Assembly (NCBI RefSeq): GCF_009914755.1
Contig: NC_060947.1
Reading direction: 5' to 3' (one strand)
Source of the DNA: the human T2T-CHM13v2.0 reference genome, Homo sapiens
Length of the DNA: 64,000 nucleotides
The position numbers were made by a program, and so were the translations under genes. Position 1 is the stretch's first letter, and the number at the start of each line of letters is the position of its first letter. Positions 20,016 to 32,720 of this stretch are shown piece by piece. The notes under the pieces are model-generated. The model saw nothing but the letters and a program-made list of their open reading frames with translations, was not told the origin of the DNA and did no database searches.

Positions 20016-22619
20016 TTATTGATGCAAAAGTTCTCAACAAAATACTAGCAAACTGAACTCAACAACACATGAGAAAGATCATTCATCATGATCAGGTGGG
20101 ATTTACACCTAGGATGCAAGGATGTTACAACACAGGCAAATCAAACAATGTGACATATTATAGCAGCAAAATGAAGGATAAAAACCTTATAATTTTTTCA
20201 ACTGATGCTGACAAAGTATTTGATAAAATTCAACATTGTTTCATGATAAAAATCCTCAAAAAACTGGGTATAGAAGGAACACACCTCAAAATAATAAAAG
20301 CCATATATGACAGACCCACAGCTACTATCATGCTTAATGTAAGAAAACTGAAAACCTTCCTTTTAAGATTTGGAACACAAGGATACCCACTTTCACCACT
20401 GATATTCAACATCGTGCCAGAAATACTAGGTAAAGTAATCAGACAGGAGACAGAAATAAATGGCAGACATCTGAATTGGAAAGAAAGAAGTCAAATTATC
20501 CTTGTTTGCAGGTGATATAATCCTATGTTTGGAAAAACCTAAAGACCACACCAAGAAATTATTAGAACTAATAAACAAATTAAGTAAAGTGGAAGGATAC
20601 AAAATCAACATACAATAATCAGAAACACCTTTATATGCCAACAGTGCACAATTGAAAAAGAAATTAAGAAATTCCATTTTAAATAGCTTCAAATAAAATG
20701 AAATACCTAGAAACTAACTTAACCAAAATGAAAGATCTCCACAATGGAAACTATAAAACGCTAATGCAAGAAATTAAAGAGGACACAAAAGAATGGAAAG
20801 ATATTTCATGTTCATGGATTGAAAGAATCAATATTCTAAAAGTGCCCATGCTACCTAAAGCAATCTACATTTTAAATGCAATCCCTATTAAAATACCAAT
20901 GTCATTCTTCAATGAAATAGAAAAAAAAATCCTATAATTTATATGGAACCACAAAAGATCCAGAATAGCCAAAGCTATTTTTAGCAAAAGAACACAACTG
21001 GTGGAATCACATTACCTGACTTCAAATTACACTACACAGTGATAATAAATAAAACGGCATGTTACTGGCATAAGGACAGACACCTAGACTAGTGGAAAAG
21101 AATAAAGAACCCAGAGCCAAACCCATATATCCACAATGAACTCATTTTTGACAAAAGTGTCAACAACATACCCTGGGGAAAAGACAGTTTCTTCAATAAA
21201 TGGTCCTGGGAAAGCTGTGTATCCATAAGCAGATGAATGGAACTAGACCTCTATTTCTTGCCATATACAAAAACCAAATCAAAATGGATAAAGACTTTAA
21301 TCTGATGTAAAACTATAAAACTACTACAAAAATTAGGGGAAATTCTCCAGGTTATTTGGTTGGACAATGTTTTCTTGAGTAATATCTCACAATCATAGCC
21401 AACCAAAGCAAAAATGGACAAAGGGAGTGACCTCAAGTTAAAAACTTGTGCACAGCAAAGGAAACAATCAACAAAGTGAAGAGACAAACCACAGAATGGG
21501 AGAAATTATTTGCAAACTATCTATCTAACAAGGGATTAATAACCAGCATATAAAAGGAGCTCAAACAACTCTACAGAAAAAAAAAACCTAATAATTTGAT
21601 CTAAAAATAGACAAAATATCAGAATAGATATTTTTCAAAAGAAGACATACAAATGGCAAACAGACATATTAAAAGGTGATCAACATCATTGATCATCAGA
21701 GAAATGCAAATCAAAACTACAATGAGATCTCATCTCATTCAAGTTAAAATGTTTTTTATCCAAAAGCGAGGCAATAACAAATGCTGGCGAGGATGTGGAG
21801 AAAAGGGAAGCATTGTACACTGTTGGTGGGAATGTAAGTTAGTAAAAGCACTAGGGAAAACAGTTTGGAGGTTCCTCAAAAAATTAAAAATAGAACTACC
21901 ATATGATCCAGCAATCCCACTTCAGCACATGTACCCACAAGAAAGGAAATTAGTATATGGAAGAGCTATCTGTACTTCCACGTTTACTGCCATACTATTC
22001 ACAATAGCCAAGATCTGGAAGCAACCTGATGTTCATCAATTAACAATGAATCAAGAAAATGTGCTGCATATACACAAGGAAGTACTGTTCAGCCATTAAA
22101 AAAAAAAAAAAAGAAAAGAAATCTTGTCATTTGCAACAACATTCATGGAACTGGAGAGCATTATGTTAAGTAAAATAAGCCAGGTACAGAGAGACAAGGT
22201 TTGCATGTTCTCACTTATTTCTGGGAGCTGAAAATTAAAACAATGAACTCTTGAAGACAGAGAGTAGAAGGATGGTTGCCAGAGGCTGGAAAGGATAGTG
22301 GGGTGATGAGGGTAAGTGGCATTATTTAACGGGTACCAAAAGTGGTTCAAAATAATGAATAAGACCTAACATTTTCTAGCACAACATGGTGACTATGGTA
22401 AAAAATAATTTAATTGTACATTTTATAACTAAAAGAATATTATTGGATTGTTTTTAACACAAAGGTTTAAATACCTGGGATGGATACTTCATTTACTCTG
22501 ATGTGATTTTAATGCATTGCATGTCTGTATCAAAATATTTCATGTAATCTATAAATATATACACCTACTATGTTCCCAAAAAATTAAAAATAGAAACTTA
22601 AACATTAAAAAATAAAGAA

Positions 22620-22870
22620 AACCTGCTCTTAACACCATATTTAACGGTGAGAAACTGAGTGCTTTCCCTCTAAGATGAGGAAAAAAGGAAAAATGACTCC
22701 TCTCACTACTCCTATTTAACATTGTACCACATGCCAAAGCCAATGCAATAATGCAAGAAAAAAATTTAAAAGGTTCACAGATTAGGAAGGAAGAAATAAA
22801 ACTGTTTTTCAGATGATATGATTACCTATGTAGAAAATCCCACAGAATCAAAAAAATAGGTAACAATTCC
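22620..22870 (+). mobile_element. Old L1M ORF2 (RT region) fragment
   Basis: gctttccctctaagat..., ttttcagatgatatgattacctatgtagaaaatccc. Confidence 0.7.
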
Positions 22871-23132
22871 AAAAATTTCTTCTCAGTGCATTAAATCAAG
22901 AGGTTCATGATGTCAATACTGGAGATGTTTACCTTGATCACTCGGTTGAATTGATGTCTAAAGGATTTATTCACTATATGGTTACCACATATCCCTTTGC
23001 AATTGATAAATATCTTGAGGAATGATACTTTGAGACTGTACAAGTTCTGTTTATCCTCAGACCTACTAATTTTAGCTTTCATTGGTGGACCTTGTCTGCA
23101 ACACATTACTTTGGTGGTTTCTAAATAATGAT

Positions 23133-23555
23133 TGTCTTAGTCCGTTTTGCACTACTGTAAAGGAGTACCTGAGGCTTGGTAATTTATAAAGAAAATAGGT
23201 TTATTTGGCTCATGTTTCTGCAGGATATACAAGAAGCATGGTGCTTGCATCTGCTTCCAGTAAGGACTTCAGGAAACTTCCAGTTATGGCTGAAGGTAAA
23301 TGGGAGCAGACATCACATGGCAAGAGGAGAGAAGCAAGAGAGAAAAGAGAGGGAGGTGCTAGGTTCTTCTTAACAATCAGTTATCATTGGAATTAATAGA
23401 CCAAGAACTCACTCATTACCCCAAAGATGGCATCAGCTATTTATGAAGAGTCCATCCCCATAATTCAAACACCTTTCACTAGGCCCCACTTCCAACATAC
23501 TGAGGATCAAATTTCAACATGAAAGTTGGAGGGGACAAATACCCAAACTATATCA
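23133..23555 (-). mobile_element. MSTB-like solo LTR (ERVL-MaLR)
   Basis: tgtcttagtccgttttgc...ccaaactatatca termini, ~420 bp. Confidence 0.88.
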
Positions 23556-23639
23556 TGGATGTTCTATTTCCTTCTTTAATTGGAATTTTACTCCAAGAGA
23601 GAGCTGTCTTTCCTACCCCAGTTATTCAATTCGTTATTC

Positions 23640-24062
23640 ATATATGTATGGAATAAAGGAGATATATATTATATTACATATTACATATGTGTAATATATG
23701 TAATATGTAATATAATATATGTAATATATAAATTACTTATAATATATTGTATATGTTACATATAATATATGCAATATATTGTATATGTTACATATAATAT
23801 ATGCAATATATTGTGTATGTTACATGTAATATATGCAATATATTGTATATGTTACATATAATATATGCAATATATTGTGTATGTTACATGTAATATATGC
23901 AATATATATGTTACATATAATATATGTAATATATTAATATATTGTAATATATGTATATATGTAATATATGTATATATGTAATATAGGTATATATGTAATA
24001 TGTGTACATATGTATACATATATTCATATATGTATACATATATGAATATATGTAATATATAT
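23640..24062. repeat. TA-rich low-complexity tract containing a 32-bp minisatellite (5 copies, 23742-23901)
   Basis: Unit atatattgtRtatgttacatRtaatatatgca. Confidence 0.92.
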
Positions 24063-24094
24063 TTTTTTATCCTATAGGTTAAAACCCAATACAT

Positions 24095-24950
24095 TTATCT
24101 CACCCACCAAAGTGGTAGAGCATAACCCCCAACTTCTTTAGTATAGGCTACCCATACTGACGTCCTCCGATAGTGGATAGTACGGAAAAGGAAAAAATGT
24201 AACTTGAGGAAATCTGGCATACGTCACCTCAAGGAGGTGATCAAAATTAACAGCATTAGCTAACGATATGTACCACTGATATGATGTGTTGAGAAGGGCA
24301 TTTCACCTATGTTGTCTTTCTTCCAAAATCCATACCCAAGTTTGACCACACGGACATAGAGCAGGAAATAATAGACACTGGGGGCCCTGAAAGGGGCAAG
24401 GTGGAAAAAGGAGAGAGAATTGAAAAATTATCTATTGGGTACAATATTCACTATTCAGGTGATGGGTATACTAGAAGCTCAAACCTCACCACTATGCAAT
24501 ATGCCAATGTAACACACCTGCACATAAACCCCCAGAATCTATAAAAATAAATTTAAAAAAATAAAAGCAACATTGTTTTTCAAATCCAAACCGAGGGACA
24601 TTATAAAAATATGCAAATTATACTCCTCAAAATTGTCAAGGTCATCAAAAACAAAGAAAGTCCAAGAATCTTTCAAAGTCAGCTTTAGGAGACATGACAC
24701 TGAATATAATGAGATCATGGAACACAAAAAGTCATCACATAAAAACTAAGGAAATCTGATGAACTATAAATTTTAGTTAATAATAATGTAACAATACTTG
24801 TTCTTTGCTTGTAATAAATATAACACACTAATGTACATTGTTAATAATAGTGGAAAGTGGGTGCAGGATATATGGAAACTCTCTGTAGTATTTTCAATTT
24901 TTCAGTAAATTTGAAACAGTTTTTAAAATAAAGTCTGTTAAGAAAAACCA
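24095..24950 (+). mobile_element. L1MC/MD-like 3' UTR with an L1PB4-like 3' end inserted at ~24347-24560
   Basis: ctcctcaaaattgtcaaggtcatcaaaaac motif; insert carries ctattgggtacaatattcactattcaggtgatgggtatactagaagc plus an A tail. Confidence 0.75.
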
Positions 24951-25983
24951 TAAGTTAGCCTAAATCCACAAATAGGTCTTTCCCATGTAAATAGGTATGA
25001 AGTGCCTAGCATTTCTGAGGGCAGTAAGGTACAATGCTTTCTTAAAGGAGCTCCCAAAATGGGATAGAAACCTGATAAATATATTAAGGCAGATTATAAC
25101 AAGTTCTGGGAGCTCCCATGTTTGAGAGATAATATGCAGGCAGTTTGAGGTACGCTGAATTTTAAAATATCTGTACCTCAAGAAACCAGAATAAGGCTAG
25201 CATCTTGCACAAAAAAAAATAAAACGAAGTAAGTGATGCCTATTAAAATAAAACAAGACAAGTTAAACTAAACAAAATGAACAAAAACCTCTCCTTGAAA
25301 GAGCAAAAACTAAGTTGGAAATTTTATTTTTGCAAAGCAACTGTAGCATTATCACTAGAATGGCTATTGGTAGTTTTTGTCTTAGTCATTTTAATTGCCA
25401 AAGTTATATTCTAGAATAAGATATTTTAGGAGGGAGGGAAATGAGTGAATATTCCCAAAATGGTGAGTAAAAATTACCATCCACAGCTCAAGGTCTGCAA
25501 AACCATCAGCCTACATTTGTGGTAGTTAATTGTCAAGGGCTTAATCCGAATGGTCTTGTGAGAAAGTGGTAACTCCAAGACAGTGGAGTCTTGTTTAAGC
25601 CAAGTATCAAGATTGAGAAGCATCTGACAAGAGGTAATGAGCACTCTGGATTCTGGTTCTCTGTTCTAGCTAGGAGACTGAGTTATCTTCCCTGACACTC
25701 AGAACAAAACAACAACCAAGTAAGAGAAATCTTCCAGTATACCAAACTGAGATACCTCAATTACTTAGCAGGCTTGACCCTGAGGAGCTCTTGGGCTAGT
25801 TCACAAACCTCCTCATTCAGACTAAGGAGAAAGAATGAGGAGAATAAGAAATAGATTATCAAAATGGTATATGGAGATTTACAGAGCAGATTTGGTCACC
25901 TATGTTCAGGCCATATGCAGAAACCAGACTATTTATAAAAATTAAAACTGAGATTTAAAAGATAACAAATATTATTTCTTAAA

Positions 25984-26362
25984 TAGTTTCAACTTTTTGA
26001 TTTGGGGGGTACATGTACAAGTTTGTCACATGGGTACATTCTGTGATGCTGAGTCTTAGGACACAAATGGGTACATTCTGTGATGCTGAGGCTTCGTCCC
26101 ATCACCCAGGTTGCACATAGTATCCAATAGTTAGTTTTTCAACCTTTATTCCCTTCCCTTTCTCCCTCTTCTAGTAGTCCTCAGTGTCTATTGTTTCCAT
26201 GTTTATGTCCATGATTATCCAACGTTTAGCCCCCACTTATAAGTGAGAATATGAAGTATCTGATTTTCTTTCCCTGTGTTACTTAGCTTAAAATAATAGC
26301 CTCAAGCTGCTTCCATGTTACTGCAAAGGACATAATTTTGTTCTTTTTCATGGCTGTGTAGT
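25984..26362 (-). mobile_element. L1PA16/17-like 3' end
   Basis: ggtacatgtacaagtttgtcacatggg...cccacttataagtgagaatatg. Confidence 0.82.
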
Positions 26363-26879
26363 TGAATATATTTTTTTTAAAGTTCAATATGGAGCTAACA
26401 ACTGAATTAATTGTACTCTTGTAACGATCCAAAGAAAAATATTTCAAATAAATATAGTTCATTATATATTAACATTTATGTAATTCATGACATATTATTC
26501 ATTTATAACATAGAAGTGGTAGTATTTATCATCCTAACAAAATAATATTTTTAAAGGAAAAAAACATTAACATAAAACCATAATCCTATGATCTCCAAAT
26601 TTTAACTTTTTTCATATCTATTTTAGAAGGTTTTAATATTAGTGCATAACTTATTTTGTTTTACTTTTTTAAAAACCTAATGTCATATCAGAAGCATTTT
26701 CCTATAGTGTTGTAGTCTTCCTAATTAAAATTGTAATGGCTACATATTATTCCTTGGAGTTGGTATGCCATATGTTATTTATGTTGGATATTTAGCTTGT
26801 TTCTGATTCTTATAATTAGTAGTAGTAAAGAAGTAAGCAAAAATGAAGTTATTTTTCTGGTTAATTTAGTGAAACACAC

Positions 26880-29230
26880 TCCATTATTCTGTCTTTCCCT
26901 GTGAATGCCACTGAAATTCCCATACAGGATGTATGAAAGAACTATCTGAGATTCTGCAAAGTAAATGGGAGCAGGTGAATTGTGAAAGAAAACTGAAATC
27001 TGAAGTACAGCCAGTCCTCCAGAGTATTTGGCAAATTATTTTTCTTCTGTATCTCTTATCATGGACTAACAGGCAGTATAAAGTCCAAAACTGTGTAATG
27101 AATATTGACAAAAAGAACTCCAAGAGAACCCCTACTTTTCAACCAAGGACAGGAATAAGAATACCTATAGAGATAGAGGAAGCAGGAAAAATTTTCTGTG
27201 GTTTTGATTTTTATTTCTTTCTGACTCCAGCCTCAAGGCAAATCCATTCTCTAAGGTACAAAATCTTCATGGTGACAACAGCAATGGTAACTAAGCAGGA
27301 AACTAAAATTCTGAAAGGAGGTTTTTTTTTTCAATTTGAGCAAAGGAGTTCTGGTCTGAAGAATATGAGTGCAAACTATAAAAATTGACTTTTTTAAAAA
27401 AGAAAACCGTAGATTTTCAAATCCAACTTGAGGGATATTATACAAAATGCCCAATAACACTCCTCAAAACTGTCAAGGTCATCAAAAACAAAGAAAGTCT
27501 AAGAATCTGTCAAAGTCAGCTTTTGGAGACGTGACATTGAATTTAATGAAGATGGGATCTTGGAACAGAAAAAGACATTACATTAAAAAAAGAAAATCTG
27601 ATAAAGGGATCACATATGTAGGTTTTTCTTTTCTCTTACTAGTATGTTCCCCATGGCTTAGCTTGGAGGCAGGCCCAGTTCCAGGAAGTGCATGACATTG
27701 TGAGGAGAATAAAAAGCCCTGGAATTTTAATCAGAGGACCAAAAAGTGTGTCCCTTGAATCTGGAGAGTGCCAAGGTAACCACAAAGAGAAAGGAGTTTA
27801 AGGAAGGGATGCCATGAATTTGCTTGTGAATTTGTGAGTTTACTCTCAAGATGTACATGTGTGGATCCATCCCTAAAAAACACACAAAAGACATTGACAA
27901 CTGAATTACAAAGTAGAATACTGCCTGGGTTCAAGACTGGACCCTGAGTGATGTACACATGGAAGAAATCTGAATAGCATTGCAAAGGCTTTGAAAATTA
28001 AAATGACATTGGAATCACAGTCCACAAAAGTGTGTGGGAAATTAGGAGCTAAAGTCTGCAAAACAAACAAAAACTTATTAGCATTCTAAGAATTAGAACA
28101 AGACCTAAAATTTTATAATATATTTTAAATGTCCAGTCTACAATTAAAAAGTACTCAGCATATAAAGAACTAGGAAAATCTCAACCACTCACACTTTAAA
28201 AAGCAATCAACATGGCACATGTATACATATGTAACAAACCTGCACATTGTGCACATGTACCCTAAAACTTAAAGTACAATAATAAAAAAGTAAATAAATA
28301 AAAAATAAATAAAAATCAATCAAAATATGCCAACTCTGAGATGACCTAGATTTTACAATTACCAGAAAAATATTTAAGTAGTGATTATGATGAAGTAGAG
28401 GATAACACTCTGGAAATAAATGGAAAGATAGAAAAGCTTAGCAGAGAAATAGAAGCTATAAAACAGAAAAAAGCAGCAATTTTAGACCTGAAAAATACAA
28501 CAACTGAAACAAAACATTCACTGAAAGCACTCACATTAGAGATAACAGATAAATGTGTTAGTGAATCTGAAGATAGAGCAATATAAATCACCCAATCTGA
28601 AGAAAAAAGAGAAAAGTAAGCAGAGGCTCAGGTAATGTGGGACAATAGCAAAAGGTCTAAAATTTGTGTATCAGAGTTCCAGAAGGGAAAAGAAAAAAGC
28701 AATGAGAAAAAAAATATATGTTTGAATAAATAATGGCTGAAAAAATCCTAAAATTGGTGGAAGACCTAAGCTTACAGATCCAATGAGCTCAGCCAAATCT
28801 CAAATGAATAAACTTAAAAAATCGACACCTAGAAACATTATAATCAAATGGCTAAAAACCAAAGGTAAAGAAAAAATATTGAAAGCAGTGAGAGAAAAAA
28901 GATGCATTTCTTATGGTGTAACAAAAATTCAAAGGACTTCAAATTTCTCATCAGAAACCATGGAAGCAATGCAATATCATTAAAGTTATTAAATACTCAT
29001 CAACCTAGAATTCCATACCCAGTGAAAATAAGCTTTAAGAATGAAGCTGAAATAAAGACATTCTCAGAAGAATGTCTAATAAAAGAATTATCACCAGAAG
29101 ACTGGCTCTAAAAGAAATGATATAAAAAAGTTCTTGAGAGATAAGAAAAATAATTCCAGGGAGTAACTTGGGACATCAGGGATGAAAAAAAAGCAACAAA
29201 AATATAAATATCTGTGTTAATATAATAAAC
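26880..29230 (+). mobile_element. 5' region and ORF1 remnant of an old L1M element
   Basis: ORF1-like peptides KSTPRNIIIKWLKTKGKEKILKAVREK and QPRIPYPVKISFKNEAEIKTFS (28783-29111); 5' boundary approximate. Confidence 0.7.
28211..28310 (+). mobile_element. ~100-bp L1PA3-5-like 3' terminus
   Basis: catggcacatgtatacatatgtaacaaacctgcac..cttaaagta plus A tail; TSD aaaaaKcaatcaa at 28198-28210 and 28311-28323. Confidence 0.9.
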
Positions 29231-29265
29231 TATTTTTCTGTTTTTAACTTTATTAAAATATGTAC

Positions 29266-31390
29266 TTTTTCTAGGTTTTTGAGGAACCTCCATACTGTTT
29301 TCCATGGTGGCTGCACTAATTTACATACCCACTAACAGTGTACAAGTATATACAATGGACTATTATTCAGTCTGTTTTCATATTTTCACCAGCATCTATT
29401 TTGTTGTCTTTTTGACAAAGTCCATTTTAACTGGAATGGGAAAATAACTCATTGTATTTTTTATTTGCCATACCCTGATGATTACTAACATTGAGAATGT
29501 TTTCATACACTTTTTGGCCATTTGTATGTCTTCTAAGAAAATGTTTATTCAGATCTTTTGCCCATTTGATTTGTCCAAATTGATGACATGAATCACGTAA
29601 TTCTGGTTATTAATCATTATCAGATGAATAATTTGAAAACATTTTCTTGTGATCTGTAAGTTGTGTATTCCCTTTATTGATTGCTTTCTTTGCTTCTCAG
29701 AAGCTTTTTAACTTGATATAATTCCACAAGTTTATATTTGTTTCTGTTGCCTGTGCTTTCGAGATTTTATCTGAAAAATCTTTGCCCAGACCAACGTACT
29801 GAAGTGATCTCTCAAAGTTTTCTCTCAGTAGTTTCATAATTTCAGGTCTTAGATTTAAGTATTTAATCCATTTTGATTTGATGTTTGTATATGGTGAGAG
29901 ATAGATGTCTAATTTAATTCTTCTCTATATGCTTATTCAATTTTCATGGCACCATTTATTGAAGAGACTACTTTCCCCAATATATGTTCTTGGCACCTTT
30001 GTGAAAAGCCAGTTGGCTGTAAGTATGTAGATTTATTTCTCAGTTCTCTATTTTGTTCCATTGGATTATGTGTCTGTTTCTGTGCCAGTACCATGATGTT
30101 TTGATTACTATAGCTTTGTAGTATATGTTAAAGTCAGATAGTGTGATGCTTTCAGCTTAGTTCATTTTATTCAGGATTGCTTTGGCTATTCAGAGTCTTT
30201 TTTGGTTCCCTACAAATTTTTAAATTGTTTTTTTTATTTTACTATGAAGAATGTCATTGGTATTTTGATAGAGATTGTGTTGAATTTGTAAATTGCATTG
30301 GATAGTATGGCCATTTAAAAAATATTGTTTCAATCCATGAACATGGGATATCTTTTCATTTCTGTGTTCTCTTCAATTTATTATACCAATGTTTTATAAT
30401 ATTTCTGCCAAAAATCTTTAACTTATTTGGTTAAATCCATTTCTGCTTTTTTTATTTTTTTATTTTTATTTTTTAAGATGGAGTCTCACACTGTTGCCTA
30501 GGCTTGAGTGCAGTTGTGCAATCTCAGCTCACTGCAATGTCTGCCTCCTGGGTTCAAGTGATTGTCCGGCCTCAGTCTCCTGAGTAGCTGGGATTACCAG
30601 CACACAGCACCATGCCTGGCTAATTTTTGTATTTTTAGTAGAGACAGGGTTTCACCATGTTGGCCAGGCTGGTCTCAAACTCCTGGCCTCAAGTGATCCA
30701 CCAGCCTCGGCCTCTCAAAGTGCTGGGATTACAGGCATGCACCACTGCACCCAGCCAATTTATGGGTATTTTTTATTTATGTAGTTATTATAAATGGGAT
30801 TTTTTGGTTTCTTTTTTAATATGTTAAGGATCAATATGTTAAAGATATATCAGAACTCTCATATTTGTTGCAGCACTATTCACAAAGCCAAGATATAAAA
30901 TCAACCTAAATGTCCATCAATAAACGAATAAAGAAAATATGGTATATATACACAATGGAATGTTAATGGGCCACAAAATAAAGAATGAAATCCTGTCATT
31001 TGCAGCAACATGGATGAAACTAGAGGTCATTATGTTAAGTGAAGTAAGGCACATAAAGACAAATATCACATGTTCTTTCTCATATGTGAGAACTAAAAAA
31101 CGTGTATCTCATGGAGGTAGAGAGTAGACTGATGGTTACCAAAGTCTGAGAACGGTTTGGACAGGTGGGGAAGTGAGGAAAGATGAAGAGAGGGTACAAA
31201 AATACAGTTAGATAGAAGAAATAAGATCTAGTGTTTGGTAGATCAATAGGGTGGCTATAATTAACAATAATTTATTTTATATTTCAAAATAGCTAGAAGA
31301 ATTCAAATGTTCCCAACACAAGAAAAAGATAAGTGTTTGAGGTGATGAATATCCCAGTTACTCTGGTTAGATCATTACATCTTATATACC
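29266..31390 (+). mobile_element. L1MA-type element with 5' inversion (inverted part ~29266-30830, sense 3' part ~30838-31390)
   Basis: The left end of the minus segment (gaggaacctccatactgtttt) maps just upstream of where the plus segment starts (aagatatatcagaactctcatatttgttgcagcac) in L1 coordinates. Confidence 0.75.
30447..30756 (-). mobile_element. AluS (Sx/Sz-like)
   Basis: Poly(T) followed by agatggagtctc...cacccagcc. Confidence 0.95.
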
Positions 31391-31706
31391 GGTGAGGGCT
31401 TTACGCTGCTTTCACTCTTGGTGGAAGACCAAGAGGAACCACCATGCAGAGATCACATGGTGAGAACAGAGAGAGAGAGCAGGGGGAGGTGCCAGGCTCT
31501 TTTCAACAACCAGCTCTCAGGGCACTATCCCAGGCACTAGTGTAGCAAGAACCCATTCATTACCACGAGGATGACAAAAAACCATTAATGAGAGATTTTC
31601 CCGCATTACTTAAACACCTCCCATTAAGCTCTATCTCTAACACTGGAGATCACATTTCAACATGAGACTTAGTGGGGTCAAAAAAACATATATCCAAACC
31701 ATAGCA
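31391..31706 (-). mobile_element. MSTB1/MSTC-like LTR fragment
   Basis: agagatcacatggtgagaac...catatccaaaccatagca. Confidence 0.8.
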
Positions 31707-32104
31707 GTGACCTTTTGAGACTGGCTTATTTTTTACCCAGTATAATGCCTTTGAGATTCGTCCAAGTTGTTGTACATATGCATAATTCATTTTTTTATTG
31801 CTGAGTGGTATTCTATTGTATGAATGTACCACAGTTGTTTATTTACTCACACATTGAAGGGCAGTATATTTACGCTTAACTTTTGCAGTCTACTCAGAAT
31901 TAAGATTTTACCACTTCGAATGCAATGTAGAAACCTCACCAACATATGAGTCCATATATCCTTCCTCTTTATGTTTCAGTTTTCATATATATGACATGTA
32001 TATAATTCAAAACTCCACCGAATCATGTTATCATTTTTCCTTTCAATAATCATGCATATTTTTATTGATACATAAAGGTTGTGTGTGTATATTTGGGAAT
32101 ACAT

Positions 32105-32297
32105 GTGATCTCTGCATGCTGTCACTTTTTTGCCTTCCACTATGAGTGGAAGCATCCAGAAGCCCTCACTAAAAGCAAATGTCACATGCTTGATTCTTAC
32201 ACATCCTGCAGAATCATGAGCTAAATAATCCTCTTTTCATTATACATTACCCAGCCTCAAGTATTGTCTTATAGCTGCACAAAGACTGATTAAGACA
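32105..32297 (+). mobile_element. MST-family LTR 3' half
   Basis: gccttccactatgagtggaagc...ttacccagcctcaagtatt...taagaca. Confidence 0.7.
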
Positions 32298-32720
32298 GTT
32301 ACATACAGTATTATCCATTTATATAACACTCTTGAAATGACAAAATTATAGAGATAGAGAACAACTCAGTCATTCCCACATTGTGGCAATGGGGGGAAGG
32401 GTTGGGTGTGATTGTAAAGAGGTAACACAAAGGAGATCTTTACATTGATGAAATATTGAGTGCAATGATGTTTACACTAATCTACACATAATAAAATGAC
32501 ATAGAACTATATACATATATATGTGTTCTATCAATATCAAATTATTGGTTTTGATACTGTGCTATCATTAGGTAAGATGTAAACACTAGAGAGAACTGGA
32601 TGAAGGGTACAGTCATTCTTGAAGAAACGTATCTTTGGAAGTGAATGTCCATCATAGTTTCAACATACACACACACATATAGGAAATCTAAAAAATATAT
32701 AATTAACATTAAATACATTA
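32298..32720 (+). mobile_element. L1MC-like 3' UTR
   Basis: ccatttatataacactcttgaaatgacaaaattatagagatagagaac motif. Confidence 0.7.

Noticed and set aside
23742-23901. CRISPR-like 32-bp repeats
   Set aside because: Units are contiguous with no spacers, no cas genes, mammalian context
26933-27388. 151-aa ORF
   Set aside because: Falls in a degenerate old L1M 5' region; no recognisable protein similarity
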